From assembly GCF_009914755.1 (NCBI RefSeq), contig NC_060926.1: a stretch of 64,000 nucleotides of DNA; one strand, given 5' to 3'. Each line of letters opens with the position of its first letter. The stretch's first letter is position 1. This document shows, piece after piece, positions 26,344 to 40,891 of the stretch. A program made the position numbers and the translations under genes. Under the pieces are notes generated by a model. The model did no database searches, was not told where the DNA came from, and worked only from the letters and a program-made list of their open reading frames with translations. This DNA comes from the human T2T-CHM13v2.0 reference genome, Homo sapiens.

Positions 26344-27894
26344 CCCTATCCATTCTGACCTATCTTCCTTATTCAGAACAAAACAATGCTTCTAGAAAAT
26401 CCCTCTAGACATTTTAAATCCCACATAAGATATCCCGGAATAAAAGAGCATTACGTGGACTTCTGGATGGCACAGCTACAGAATTATTATCCGTTGCATT
26501 ATAAGGAATGACTTCCCCTCTAGTCCAGGGTTCATTTTTTCCCCCATAATCAATGTTTAACTCATCATGACAGTTTAGTGAGGCCAAATGTGTCAGTTTT
26601 ACTTTTCCAAAGGAATTCTGTTCAGGGAATTACATTGAACATGGTGACATGCATTGCTTTTTAATACAAGTTTCTTTATTTCTGAAATTCAATTTTATTC
26701 TATATTTATGCATTTCTTTAAGGACTACTTGAGTTCACTAAAAGATAAATAAATAAAAATGCTTATACGTGCTACATGCCATGGACCTGTGGGCATAAAT
26801 AACACAATGTGAATGCAGATACACATCCTTTTCCCATTTGTTTCCATTCTCGGTGCCAACTTTGGTTCAATAAACAATGACTTTCAACTTGGTATGAAGG
26901 AAGCATCTAGTACGTAATGCACAGAGCTGTGCCCCTCCAAAGAATGAAACCCTTCAGAATGGCTAAGGGTGAGAATAGAACCGAAGCTGATGAGAGCAGA
27001 ATACAAAACACGAGCAGTTTCAAATTCACCTGAGGGGACAGCAGCAACTATGGCTGAGTCAGGGAAATATTTTCAAGCAGAGTTTTGCTGATCACTTTTA
27101 CACCCATGAGCAGTAATCAGTCTAGATGATATTTATGAAATGAGCATTGAAATGGTCACAGAATTGAGCAAGAGCTGAGATTGGCTGATTGATTCCTTAT
27201 GGCATATGTTCCTTAGTTTCTCCAGCAAGAAAATGGAAGCATTAATTCTTTCCATATCTCTCAAAAGCATGTTTCAAGGATTAAAGAATTCAGAGTGGCA
27301 AAGGATCAAATTACCATTTATGTAGGACTCTTTCTAACCAGCAGGGCATCATGTAGTACACTGGAAGAGCTTATTTATTGAATCCGCAATTGAATTGGCT
27401 TCAGAGAGTTAATACAACATCCAAGGTGACAAATTGACTCACTACAAATGAATTGCATTAGTTCCATTATTTGTAAAGCACTTTACCATCTGGGAAGAAA
27501 GTTGTAGTATAAATTCCATTCTTTTCAGTATCTTAGCTAAGGAGGTTCCAAAGAAACTGGCTCAACATTTTATGAGCCAGAAAAGTGAGGTTTTTTTCTT
27601 CTATTAATTTGCTAAGTGTTCTCTGCCCCATGGTTTTAACACAGGAAAGACAGCAGGTGGCAGAGGGTGCTGGCAAAGGAAAAGAGGTGGTTTTGCAAAT
27701 TTGGAGTTGATTCTGGCTCAAAACAGGGGTGCCGAGTTAATAATCAGAAGAATCATTTAGTTGAGACTTACCTCCAGAACAGAGAGCATCTCAAAATTTT
27801 AGCAGATTCAGCATAGTCTCAGAGTTCCAAAATCTTAGGTTCCTTTCCTCAAAGCATTCCACAGAGACAATATTATGTAACGTCAGGTACATAT

Positions 27895-28100
27895 ACTTGG
27901 AATTCCAGTGATGTGAGTTTGAGCCACAGTGCCCTCATTGTTCAGTTTGACTTCAGCCAAATTAATTTTACCTCTCTGAGCCTCAGTGATATTCCCTGTA
28001 AAATGGGAATAAGAATGGTATCATGTTAGAGGGTTATGGTAAGATAAAATATGATAATGCACGTAAGGCTTCTAGCATGGTGCTTGTGCATTGTAAACCC
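27895..28100 (+). mobile_element. MIR
   Basis: acctctctgagcctcagtgatattccctgtaaaatgggaataag...gataatgcacgtaaggc. Confidence 0.8.
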
Positions 28101-28489
28101 TCACCAAGTGTTCACTCTTATTGCTGTCATCAAAAGTGTGACCCCAAGTGTCCGCTTCACTAAAAACAGTGCCCAGAGTGGTCTGGGAGAGTCCAGTAGA
28201 CAATAATTCAACTCCCTGACATGTAAATAGTGGAGTATCGATATTTTTGTTGGCTCCCATCGACACATCCTGCCCGTTAATTTTGAGCACTGACCTGTAC
28301 CCATTCATCCATTCATTCAGAGAGCACTGAGTTAGGGCCTCTGTGGGCAGGTCCTGTGCTAGTCCATTGAAAAAGGGAAGGGAGATCCCCTGTTTTTGGA
28401 AACATGAAAATACATAGAATTACTTTTAAAACAACAGGAAGCATATTTGTGCATACAGATGAACTAGTAATGATTTGATTGTTTGATCA

Positions 28490-28680
28490 TAGCTAACACT
28501 TATTGAGATCTCATCAAAGGCTAGAGCCACTGTGTTAAGAGCTTTATGTAAATTATGCCATTTGATCCTTACAAGGATCCTGAAAGACCTAAAAGACACT
28601 TATTATTATTCTAAGCTTCGAACCCAAGAATTCTAACTCCAGAGTCCGTATTCTTGACTACTACTCTAAACTGCCATCCT
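28490..28680 (-). mobile_element. MIR fragments
   Basis: atagctaacacttattgag...tttgatccttacaa and gaacccaag...aactccagagtcc. Confidence 0.65.
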
Positions 28681-30876
28681 AAGACAATATAGATTGCTAA
28701 CCCATTCAGTATTGGGTTAAACTAGTACTCAATAATCTGGTACCTAAAGTACTAGATGCTCTTCTGGTATAGCCTGTCCTCCTTGAAGACTTAGACCTTA
28801 TACTTTGCCACCATGCTGTATCGATCAAACACAGTTGCAACTGCATTTATTAGCAGTTATAACCCTGTACATTTTTATCTGCAATTTCCAGTGAATCGAG
28901 AGGCATTATATGTTTTGTTATTTAGACCTCATGTTTCACCAACAAGACCACAGGGTTCTTGTTTATGTAATCCTAACTGGGAAGTCACTACTATCTCCAT
29001 TTTGCTGCTAAAGAAGCTGAGCCTTGGATAGAACCACTCCACTGATGAGCAAAATCAAGTATAGCTTGAACTCAGGTCTTTGACCCAAATAAATTATGAA
29101 ATCATAGTTCATCTTTTAAAATTGGAGTAATGCATTTTATGCAACCAAAGCAAAAGTGACTTTAAATTTGATGACTGAACCATTGCATCATCCCTCTGTA
29201 GCCAGCTCATTTCTTGTTCATTCAGTCAAGATCACTGAGCTCCTCCCAAGTACTAAGCATTGTCAGGAAGGCAAAAATAAATCAGACACAGAGTCTGAGT
29301 GCAAAGAACTTATTTGAAAGAGGAAATGAGGATCTTCAATTAAAGACAAAATAAATAAATATATAGTAGAGGCCATAAAAGAGAAATCGAAGTTCAGGGC
29401 ATTAAGGGAGTCTTTGCAGCTAGCTGACTTGTAGGCCCTATCAAAGTGGTAGCTGTCTTAAGAGGGGAGGGCATTCATGTCAAAGAAGTAATAGGCTGGT
29501 TTACTCAAATAAGGAGCTGATTAGGTAACTAAGGGGAAGGAGAAGCTAAAAAGTACAATTTGGCACAAAATTGAGCATTGTTGTCTATTAATTTTATCTT
29601 TTCTACCAGTTGTTTTGTTTTCACAGATACAGTATGAAATATTTTTTGAACTCAAATGAAAGGTTTCACACACCAGATGAAAACATATAAAGTTCATATT
29701 TTCAGTTTTTTCATATTTAGCATTTCATTTATTTTAGAGCTCTTTCATGTTGTTCACCTACTGCATTGAAAATAACTCTGTAACACACTTATGCACTTTC
29801 CCTTTAAGAAAAGATTCCAGCCCTGTTTTTCAGATGGTCATTCAGTGATACAAACCTGTAGGACTGAGATAAATTGCTCCTGGAAACATTTTCCTCTTGG
29901 AAAATCACAGATGAGACTAAATGAGACATTTTATATATATAGTAGCAAACAGTCTTAGGTACATTTCATTTTGAAAGTCCCATCTGTCTTGTAACCCAAA
30001 CAGGTTTTGACACTGCAGAGTGATTGCAGTACTTCAGGACATGCGAAACACTAGGAATGTTCAGGACAGGATGCCAAAGAACTTCATACATTTTTATCAT
30101 TTGGATATTTTTAAAAAAGCAAAAATATAATTAAAACTCTAGTTGTATCTCTTGATCTGTGTGACCACTGTATTTTGCAACATATAGCTTGAATACCCCA
30201 GCCCTGCATTTAAATACAACTGCAGTTTTTACAACAAAAGAGAACCAGTAAGTCTTTTTCCAGGATTAGGATTTTAATTGATATCATTATAGCTAAAAAG
30301 TTTGAACATGATGGGAATAATGACTGGTGTTTTTCAGCAAGTTATTATTCATTCTACATCTTTCTCTCAGCTATGTGCCCAAGTCCACAGTGTCTGTAAT
30401 ATTTAAATTAATAATGCAAATTTAACTATTGCCATTAAAGCAAAGAGCTAATTAGGTCCCTGCTTGCTGACTGGCAGTATGATGCAATGACTAAAATGAT
30501 TTGAGTTGATAGCTAACATTGCCAGGAAAATGTGAATTGAGTTCGCTTGAGATTAAACAACCTCTAAGACTCCAAAGGAGGGGAAAATAAAAAGTGACTC
30601 ATCCCATTTTTCTAAATAAAAAAAAATCCACGAAGAGACACAAATAGCTCATCAAGCAGCTGAGAGCAAGGTTTCTGAGATGTTGTGCAATTATTTTTTG
30701 CCTTTCATTTAATGGTGTTTCTTCCAAACACTCTGTGAAGAGGCAATTTTTCTCAGGCATCCGTTAGAATGTGTGCCTTCTTCCATAGTTTTCACATTCT
30801 AAGCCAGCAAGGCAAGGCAAGCAAGCTGAACTTTATCTGTTTTATAAACACCTCTTCTTCTAACTAAGCCCTAACA

Positions 30877-30950
30877 GGAGAGAAAGAGAGAGAAGGAGGA
30901 GGAGGAAGAGAGGGAGGGAGGTAAGGAAGGAGAGAGGCAGGCAAAGAAAA
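30877..30950. repeat. GA-rich polypurine tract
   Basis: About 70 bp of almost only G and A. Confidence 0.85.
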
Positions 30951-32519
30951 AGCGAGCAAGCTAAATGGCATTTCTGTCTGCCATTATTCTCATTTCAGAA
31001 AAACAACCCCAAAATAGATTAGATAGAAGACACGGAGAGAAAAATAGTGCTTGTTTCAAATTCAGGTAGGTTAAATCTGTCCGGGAATTTCTAGAAGCAG
31101 AAAAATAGTGCAAAAGACATAAGGACATATTCCATTTAATAGAGTAAAACTTTTGATGGTTGTCAGAAACAAAGTAGAGGCTTTCTTATACTGGAAGCAG
31201 TATGGGCTTGCTTGCTGCTACACACTGGCTCAGGGGTAGTTGCTTCTAGAACATGGAGCAGCCCAACCTCTCCTCTCTTGGCTGTTACAAAACTAATGGG
31301 CTGTTTGAGCATCTAACAAGAAGCCAGGTTCATCAGGTAGTACCACCTGAAAGGTACGATAGAGCAATAATTGGGTGTGAGACAGAAAAAGGCAATTTGG
31401 CTCAACATGCTTTTTAAAAATAAGCTTGACATGTAATAAAAGGTGAACATTTTATTCATTGAGTGATAATTTCATATATCGTGTGAAAAGACTCCATTTT
31501 TAAAGAATGATGCTCTTACTCTAAGGAAACTGCTTATTTAATTGGATTGCTACAACCTAACACTATTAAATATTTGCCTCATTTGATTTCATCAAATGAC
31601 AGTTCATATATCTGTGCTAATGAATTCATTTGTTAAGATTATGTTCTCATAGCAAATTTACTCATGTTCTATTTTCTAAAACCTCCTTCCCTTTCTACTA
31701 CTTCCAAAGTATCATAATGTGATTCTCCAAGGATAAGTCAATTCTAGTTGTCCATCATTGCAGAAGGCTCTCCTGTGGCAAATAGTGAGAATTCCATGTA
31801 CTAAAAGCATTGCTCACCTTTATCTCCAGCTTGACAAGGAACTGGCATTCACGTGACAGGAGAGGAATGTTAATCACTGAAAGGCTATGCTGCTAAAGGT
31901 GTTGATCATACTATTCTTCTGGAACTTGTCTACATGGCATCAATGGTTTCTGGTTCAGACCAAAAATTACTTTAAAAATCTTTTTAAATTGGATTATTTA
32001 GCATTGCTAGAGGCAATGTGGCATAGTGATTTGTAAAAATACCAGCTGCTATGTATTGAGATGTTACTATAGCTTCACACACATGATGTCATCTAATCCT
32101 CAGGATAACCTTATGACTGGCTTTGAAGTCAGACAGATCATTTGTATTGCTTTGGAATTTAGCTTCCTTATCAGTAAAATGAGGTAATAATACCTCATAA
32201 GTTTTTTTTAAAGATAAAATCATATATGTAAATTGACTAATGGCATAGCCCATATTCTCAATAAACAATGCATATTCTACTCATTTATCAGGAAACATAA
32301 AGTTGTGATCCCTGCACTACTGGGGCTTGGTAGCTACACTCAAAAAGCCATCTATTCATTGTGCCCATGTTTGAGCAAAGTTGCCTGGCCATTTTGAATA
32401 TATCGTCTTTCAAAAGAAGGCTGTATCAGGAAAGCCATTAAGGTTCTTTCAAACCTACCTCCCAGGTTAAACTGCTGTAGAATCCTTCTGAAGGTTCCCA
32501 ATGGAACTGCAGAATTGAA

Positions 32520-32810
32520 TTGCTACTATTTCATTATTTTGATATATCAATATTAATTTAACTACAACTCTATCCGTAGATATTTAGGTTGTTGTCAATT
32601 TTTAAATACTTTAAATAGTATCACGGTCGATATATTTATGTTCGTATTTTTTCCTATATTCTGGATGATTTCCTTGGAAATGATCTTCAGAAATGAGGTA
32701 GATGACTGAGTTGAAAAATGTGAGCATTTTTTAAGGGTCTTGATATATATTGCCAAATTGCTTTTCCATTTACAATGCTTTGTGTGAATATAGTTTCACC
32801 AAACTTCTGC
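32520..32810 (-). mobile_element. L1ME-class fragment
   Basis: gatatttaggttgttgtcaattttt...cttgatatatattgccaaattgctttt is typical of reverse old L1 ORF2 end / 3' UTR. Confidence 0.6.
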
Positions 32811-33049
32811 CTAAGCTTGAGTCCTTTTCTCCTACAGAAACTCTCCAATTCAAAAATACTTGCTAAAAGATAGCACTAGATTGAATGATGTAAGTACTTG
32901 TTAGAGGATACGAAATGAGATATGTGCCCAAACTCCCAAGCATCTTTGGAGGTTGGTAGACAAGGAAGAATTGCCATGTTGGACTCAGAGCCTATAGGTT
33001 GGAGTGAAGAATAAATCAAAACCAGGCTGGCTCACAGGAGTCACGAGAC

Positions 33050-33210
33050 CAGTAGCCAACATTTATTGAGGTCTTCCTATAATAACCAGGTCAGTGTTTA
33101 GCTCTTTACATGGGTGATTTTATTGAATTTTCCCCAAACCCTCATTTTACAGCTGACAAGGCTTTACTAGCATTTGGAAGTGAACGTCTGAAAGCAGATT
33201 TTCCAAGGGG
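33050..33210 (-). mobile_element. MIR
   Basis: agccaacatttattgag...cctcattttacagctgacaagg. Confidence 0.6.
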
Positions 33211-34049
33211 AAGGAATAGTCCAAAATAATCAGCCCAGTTTTCCCGTTTTTCATCCAGATTAACAATCACAGCATCTTCTCCCAAAGCCATGTGGGAGGC
33301 GAGGGATCTCCTATGGGGAGAAACGAAGAAGAAAGGGAGGAAGAAGAAAGGCAGTTGAACTGGGCTCTTTCCAGAAGCTTTCAGAGGTGTCGTGCCACCT
33401 TTGGTCTGTGACCCTCTGGGCCAGCAGTCCCCTTGAAGCTTTGTGGGATGCAAACAGCCCGTGCTCTGCAGGCTGTCAGGGGCCACGATAGGAGTTCATG
33501 CCAATAGAATGGCCTTTCGAGAAGCATTTCTCCATCTCAGAAACACAAACACATATACATTCCTGTCCATATCAGACACACGGGCTTTCCAGTTCACCTT
33601 TTCTTTCCTGAACAAGCATATCTATCATGGTCAATGTACAAGAAATGCCCTTTTTGTGCAGTTCCCTTTTGTCCCTCTTTTCATGCCTTAAGCCATCAAA
33701 AGAGCACAAAACTCGGTGACATTTTGTAGGATTTACCTCTGAGACTCTGGTGTCACAAACGCAGCTGGGAGTATTGAATGTGTCCTGGTATCAACCAGTG
33801 TCCTGAGGGTCTTTCCATTGATTTTACTTCTGAGTTCACAGGAAGACCCAGTGTGCTTACTTTGACTCAGTACTGAGATGTCATTATCCTAGGACAGTTC
33901 ATATAAAGGGAAGAAAAGGGAAATTCAGGGAAAAAGAGACAGTATAGGCCACATTGAGAAGTACAACTATGAGGCAGAATGAGCTGAACTATCTTACCTG
34001 CTGTATTTCAGAATAAAACCTTAGTCCTGCCCCCTTCAAATACTATGCT

Positions 34050-34548
34050 GTGAAGTCTCCACTGCTCTCGGGATAAAGACCAAGCTCCTCTATGTGGCAC
34101 ACACAGCCTTTCAGCATCCTGCCTCATCCTCCAGTGGCCTCTACTTGCCCTTAGCTAGATAAACTCCAGTCTCCCTGATTCATTTTCAGTGCTAGGATTG
34201 TGTAACTCTTGCCTCAAGGACTCTGTACTTGCTGATTCCTCTGCCTTTGGGGACTTTCTCCTTGCTCCTCCCTGGCTTGGCTACCTGACGTGCCGTCTCT
34301 TCCAGGAAGCATTCCCTGACCACTCAAGACCTGGCTGCACACCTCTCTTCTGTGCTCCTAGAAATGCCTGCATATTCTGTTCTTATCAAAATGCTTCTCC
34401 CACTGATTGAAATTTCCTTTTACATATCTGTTTCCTCTCTAAGCTGCAAGCTGGCTGGAGGGTAGAGGCTATGTCTTATTCAGTATTTTCATATCCAGTT
34501 TTTAGAACAGTGCTTGACTCAGAAGTCATTTCATAGATGTTTGTTACT
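34050..34548 (+). mobile_element. L2 LINE 3' part
   Basis: ccactgctctcgggataaagaccaagctcct...cttccaggaagcattccctgacc...gagggtagaggctatgtcttattc...agaacagtgcttgac. Confidence 0.8.
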
Positions 34549-35190
34549 GTGGAAATCCTGAACTTGACGGCTTCTATAGATGACATGCACTTATACTTAA
34601 ATGCACTAAGGGAATGGAGATAGGTATCCCGTGTTTGTTCCACTGAATTGCAGGCTGCATGAATACCTGTCTGAACCACCATACAGTTCACTCTCTGTTT
34701 CTCACATGATTATGCAGTTACAGTGTAGAACTAGAATCATGCCTGTAACACTACTCTATGCTCAGAAGGCATTATTTACATATCCACTCTACATTTATCC
34801 GGAAACCACAGCTACTAACTCTACTAACCATTCACACAACCTTGGTAAGTAATTGGTGTAAGTGCATAGATGGCTGATAATGTTCCATCCTCCTTCTATT
34901 CTCGATAGCTGAGTTTGGGTTCATAAGCTTAGAGAAAGGCTCCTCAGAGCAAGCTCGTGGTTTGGAGAGTGGAAAAGGCATGCATTTTTATTGTGGCTCT
35001 TGTTTCCAAGACTCAGCTAAGACCTGAATAGATAAACAAAAAATATATCATAGAAGCAGCCTATTATTCTCAGGGTTGCTGTGACTGTCCCCAGGGCCTT
35101 ACAAATTATCAATGAAAAATACAACATACTTTCACAGAATTAAAATGCTTGTTGGGCAAATGGCTCAACTTCAAAGAGTGGCTTTGTTTA

Positions 35191-35205
35191 GAGCCACCTA
35201 GTGAC
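35191..35205 (-). promoter_or_regulatory. Weak CTCF-like motif
   Basis: Minus strand GTCACTAGGTGGCTC, about two deviations from the core. Confidence 0.25.
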
Positions 35206-35348
35206 ATTTTCTCAGTCCTCCACCCTGGATGGAGAGTGGGAGCCACTACTTACCACCTACCTCCTGCCCCCTTTACCCATAGCTTGTTACATTAAGCTAG
35301 GAAAGTTTTATGTGTATAATTTGTGAAGTTCTCTTAAGCAGACAGTGC

Positions 35349-35377
<29 letters not shown>
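35349..35377. repeat. (TA)14 microsatellite
   Basis: Pure TA run. Confidence 0.98.
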
Positions 35378-35380
<3 letters not shown>

Positions 35381-36909
35381 AAATGCTGTTATTAATAATA
35401 AAGGTTGGCTCACCTAAGAATACTGTAGAATTAAAGTAATGAGATTCTATTTTTAGGCAGGCTTGCCAATAACATGCAAGTATGATAAGGCTATGATTTA
35501 AAGCTCGCTTGAAGATTCCATTGCTCTAAAGAGTACATTTTCTGGGCTGCCTGCACACAGTAGTCAGCCGCACAGAGCTCTATTAACGCTAATGGTGGCT
35601 CCACACGTGAATCCCAGCATGCCCAGCTAAAAATAGGTCTCAGTCTTTCAGACATGGGAGTGTATCCTGCAGACAGCTTGCTTTCACAAAATATATATCA
35701 GCCTCTTCAGTCACCTTGCAAAACCCTCATCACTGTCTTTGAAACACTAAAAAAAAGCCTCTAGAATGTGTTTTGAAATTTTTATACATCTGTAATTATG
35801 TGAAGATAAAGGATGTGCTTGGGAGGCTCAGTTCTGTTTATATTCAGATGTGAAAAGGTATTTAATAAAGGCCTCGATTCTAAGTGATTCATAACTAGAA
35901 AAGAAGTCCCACTCCTCAGGAAAAAATATAATTAGCTCTTCCACCACTAATGTTCAGGTCAATGCTTTGTCAATAACAGTAACTCTTCTTCACCAATTTA
36001 GTGCAGCCTATAAAGATCATTATGACTCATAATTACAGATGCAGATTTATGTCAAAATGCATATATAAATCTCCAGTTCTGGATATGGGTCACCTCTTAT
36101 CAGGCAAAAAGATTAGTATAAGGAGACACTCTCCTTGATCCCTGTGATCATTTTTCTCTTGCCTTTTTGGGGGTAGAATTATAAGGGTTTCCTATCACTG
36201 ACCCAGATATAGCCCAAGGCACATTACAGAGTCACCTCTGGAGGGAGTGAGTTGCTGGCTGGCTTTGGTGGTGAGAATGGGAGAAGGACGATGTAGCTGT
36301 GGAAATATACTTCCTGAGATTATTGCTGTCTGGTTAAATGAAGAGCCCCTTTTCAACACCTGCAGGTCAGCCCCTGTAAATCAGAGGGAAGATGATCATC
36401 TGAGCAGAGGGAGATGGGTTTTAAAATGACTGAGACTTCTCCAGGCCGAAGTCTACTGCTCAGTGCTGCACCCAGGGCAGTCGTAGTCCTGATAAGTTAT
36501 CAAAATTTGTGGAAGCTTGAGTGACTGAATGGGATGTCATGTTGGCCTTGCCAAAGATTTTGTCGTGTTAGGATTTGGGTTTTGATGCATTTCCTGCTAG
36601 GAAGTCTGAGGTTTGGAATGTCACCTGGTCTCCAGAGAATCTCCCTGATGGTAGAGGGGCAGGATTTCCCCAGCACCTGTGGAGGATGTGAAAAAGGCAC
36701 CCACCCTCTGTGTGTGCACAGGTAACTGCTGAAAAATTGCTAGTTCTTCTATTTAATAACAGCCTGAATGCTGAGTTTGGGAGATTACTATGAGAATGCC
36801 CAGAGACTCCACTTTTTTCCTACTGCAGAGCTCAACCCGATATACTTAGAAAAGATAATTGCTGTTTAATATGGCAACTCTCAGACAGTGTTAATAAAAA
36901 AAATGCATA

Positions 36910-37480
36910 GACAGTTAAACACACACCTACCCTATGACCAAGCAATTCAGCTTTTGTGAATACACTCAAAAGAAGCAAGTACATATGTCAACAAAAAGAC
37001 CTGTACAGGAATATTCAACACAGCTTTATTCATAACAGCCCAGGCCTGGAGACAACCGAAATGTCCATCAACAGGTGAATGGATAAACAAACTCTCATAT
37101 ATCTCTGCATTCAGCAAGAGAAAGCAATGAACTACTGATTCCCGTACAACACAGTTGAATCTAAGAAATGTTGCATTAAGTGAAAGAAGCCAGACACAAA
37201 AGAACCCACTGTGTATGAATCCATTTATATGAATTTCAAGGACAGGCAAAACTAATCCATCAAAATAGAAATCAGAATACTAGCTATTTCAGTGGGGCTG
37301 AGGGTTATTGACTAGAAAGGTGCACAAGGGAACTCACTTGGGTGATGAAAATGTTTTATATCCTAATCTGGGCAGTGGTTAACATGGTATATACATATGT
37401 AAAAAATTCATTGGGCTGTATACTTAAGATTTATGCATTTTGCTGTTTGTAAATGATAGCTCAATAAATAGAAGTTTTTA
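36910..37480 (+). mobile_element. L1ME/L1MB-class 3' end
   Basis: ccctatgaccaagcaattc...aaatgtccatcaacaggtgaatggataaacaaa...ggtgatgaaaatgtttta...ctcaataaa. Confidence 0.88.
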
Positions 37481-38649
37481 AAAGCTAGGTGGAAAAAATA
37501 CATGGAGAAGAACTCATTTCTTAAGAGCAATCATGAACAAAGACAAAATCAGGAAGATATTCTAAAGACTAAATGAAAAAGAATAAATGAAAAAATATGA
37601 GCCTTTTATTCTTCCTACTTTTATCACATGACATAAAAATGCCGGGGCTCAGGAAACCAAAATCATTATTTGAAATGCTTATGAATTCACCAAGAGTTCT
37701 TCAAAGGCTTATTTTCTGAGTGCTTCTCTTAAATTAGGAAGTGTTTCATTTACAAGGTTTTCCTTAGGAAATGGTGTTGTTTAAACATAAACAACCAGGA
37801 AATAGATAATTTCAGTTGATGCATCACTTGTCTTAACAAGAGCTCAATTAGTTAATGATATTGTTGGCCTTAAGCATACTTCAGTAAAATATATTTCATT
37901 ATCTTGAATATTTAGATTAATTAAGGTAGGAAGCTATAGGGTTTATGACAAAAATTGATATTAAATACACAGTGCCCATTTTTCATACAATACACCTCAG
38001 TCCTTTTGTGTTTGTCTTGTGATAGATAAAGACTTTCAAGTTGTTAAAGGAAGTTTTCCTGGGGTACTTGCCTTCCTGTGTCATTAATTAAACAAATTTA
38101 TTTTTCAAGAAGGATCATGACAGAACTTCCACGTGGCATCTGCTACTGATTATTCAGTTGACATTTTCATTTCTGGAATTCTAGAGTTTGTCTGAAATTG
38201 TTAGTGACATTTATAAAATGCTTGCAGAATTTTAAACTGGATCCAAGAGATCACTAAGTCCTTCCTCCCTCATTTAAGATGAGGAAACTGAGATCGAGAA
38301 AGGTTAAGTGACTTACTTGCCTGGGTTTGGTTTCTCTGGGTGACTTCTTATATAGAATTTGGATGTCTTTCTTGAACTCCATGATAACAGCAGATTCTAT
38401 GATTAAAGAGATATTGCTGTTGCATTTGTAAGCACGTGCGCATTTTACAAAATGGGAATCAAGATGAAGACATCTTTGCGTGGGACCCAGAGTATTTTCC
38501 AGTCATGGAATTCTGTTTCTGATCTCTATATAGTTTCACCACAGTGAAGCTTCTGTCACTCACTTTAGGCTAAGCCTATTTATCCCCCTTACCAGTAATA
38601 ACTCCTCAAGAGTTCTATGAACCAGTGTCACGCATGTAATATGGCGTGG

Positions 38650-38845
38650 GAGCTGTGTTGCCTGGGTTCACCTCTCATTTCTCTATTTGCTAGCTGTGTA
38701 ACTAAATTACTTGCACTGTAGATCTCAGGTTCCTTATTTGGAAAACTGTGATAATACTATTACCTTACCATTTCTTTTTTAGGTTTAAGTTGAATTATGT
38801 AAGTCAAGTCAGCCTGGCTCTTAATAAATATTCAATAAGTGTTAT
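38650..38845 (+). mobile_element. MIR
   Basis: gcctgggttca...tgctagctgtgtaac...ctcaggttccttatttggaaaa. Confidence 0.65.
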
Positions 38846-40198
38846 ATAATAGATAATTATGGAGTTTTTAGAAAGAAAACCACACTCCATCTTCTTTTGG
38901 TTGGTTTTCCCACATTTTTGCATATACAGTTCACTGAACTGAATACCCTACTCTTTCCATTGTATCTTCTGCCAGGTATCCTCTCAAATCCAGCTCCCTC
39001 CATCATTAATTACTTTGTCCTCAGCATACCTGCCATCTGGCTGGTTTTTCATGGCATGCGTAGCTCATCGTACACATTTTAGCAGTGAACCCTTTTGGTC
39101 TTATAATGCTCTTTATTTTACCTTATGTCAGCTTTCAGAAGGCAGGGGCTATATCATGTGTTTCTTTTGCATCTTTAATAGTATCTAGCGTGATGAGGGA
39201 CATGTAGCAAATTATTGTAACAAAGGAATTCATATAGAGCAACTTGAAAAATACTAAGCCTTGGTTTCAATGATGGCTGGCAAACTATTTTGATAGTGAT
39301 ATTCTGTAAAGTCATATTTAAAATGTATTTCATATAGCAGGAACATTGTTGGCCCTCCCCCCAAAAAACTAAAGAAATAAAAAACCTATAATCCAATCAT
39401 TATAACCCAAATTCTGAAAACCTGATGTTTCCTTTTAGTCCTGTTAGAGTGCATGCGATCAAACATCAGGACCAAAGCCCTGCTTTTGATTTATGCATCA
39501 GATAATGACCCAAAGCCAAAAAGAAAATATAAAAACATATCTCCAACACATGTTCATAGTCATAGTCTTTTTAAATACCAGGAAGTTACAGAGCCATCAA
39601 GAATATACAACAGCAATGGTAAGGCTTATGGTTAACATTATATATACATCAGAAAATAGAGATTTAGGAAAGCATCCCAAATACTTAGGCTTTCTGGCGA
39701 TTCTGTACCAGAATTCTTTCATTCCCTTTTTGATGCTGTGATTCCCTAATGTCCATTTCACAAAAGATCTTTCTCAAGTAGAGCTAAGAATGTAGAATTG
39801 TTTGGATAATTGCCATTTACACTCCAGCTTTAACCTTTCCAAGGCCTTGGTCCAATTTTGTGATTTATTTAAAACAATAACTATTTTTTTTTCTGTTTAC
39901 ACGAGTTCATTGCTAACTCAGGCATTTGATTTTTAATTTTTGTTTAATTCCTAGGTAATGGCTAAGATATCTTAAGTGCCAGGATAAATAATGCCAGGTA
40001 ATATGTAGTTCTGGCACTTTATGTTCCTAACTTATATACTTGACAGGAATAAGACTTCTTGGGACACCACTCTGTAAAGAGTTTTGCTTACGGGGTTTGC
40101 TTACTCAGGGTACCAGCATTCAGCTGCAGTTGTTAGAATAATGTGTGCACATCCACACACAGCCATGCAACTGTAATATAAAGGGTGTTTCTGGTATT

Positions 40199-40891
40199 TA
40201 TTATTATTATTAATTTAATTGATAAATGAAAATTGTGTATATTGTGTACAGCCTGATGTTTTGAAATATGTATACATTGTGGAATGGCTACATCAAACTA
40301 ATTTGCATATGCATTACTTCACATACTTTTTTTGTGGTAAGAACATTTAAAATGTACTCTCTTAGCAATTTCCAAGTATAAAACCCATTGTTGTTACCTA
40401 TAATTACCATGTTGTGCAAGATGTCTCTTGAATGTATCCCTCCTGTCTAACTGAAATTTTGTATCCTTTGACTAACATCTCCTCTAACCCTTCTCTCTAC
40501 CCCAGCCCCTGGTAACCACCATTCTACTCAATGCTTCTATGAGTTCTGTTTATTTAGATTTCACATATAAGTGAGATCATTCAGTATTTGTTTTTCTGTG
40601 CCTGGCTTTTTTTCACTTAATATAATGTCCTCCGGGTTCATCCACATTGTTGCAAATGACAGGATTTCCTTATTTTTTAAGGATGAATAGTATGCCTTTG
40701 TGTACATATCACATTTTCTTTATGCGTCCAACCATTGATGGACATTTAGGTTAGCTCTGTATCTTGGCTGTTATGAATAATGCTGCAATAGACATGAGAG
40801 TGTGGATAGCTCTTTGACACACTGATTTCATTTCCTTTGGATATAAGCCCAGAAGTTGGATTGCTGGTCATAAGGTAGTTCTATTTCTAAT
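40199..40891 (-). mobile_element. L1MA-class (L1MA6/7-like) 5'-truncated element with TSD
   Basis: Reverse L1MA 3' UTR (actctcttagcaatttccaagtata, ggtaaccaccattctactc, ttgcaaatgacaggatttcc). Exact direct repeat tttctggtatt at 40188-40198 and 40892-40902. Confidence 0.9.
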
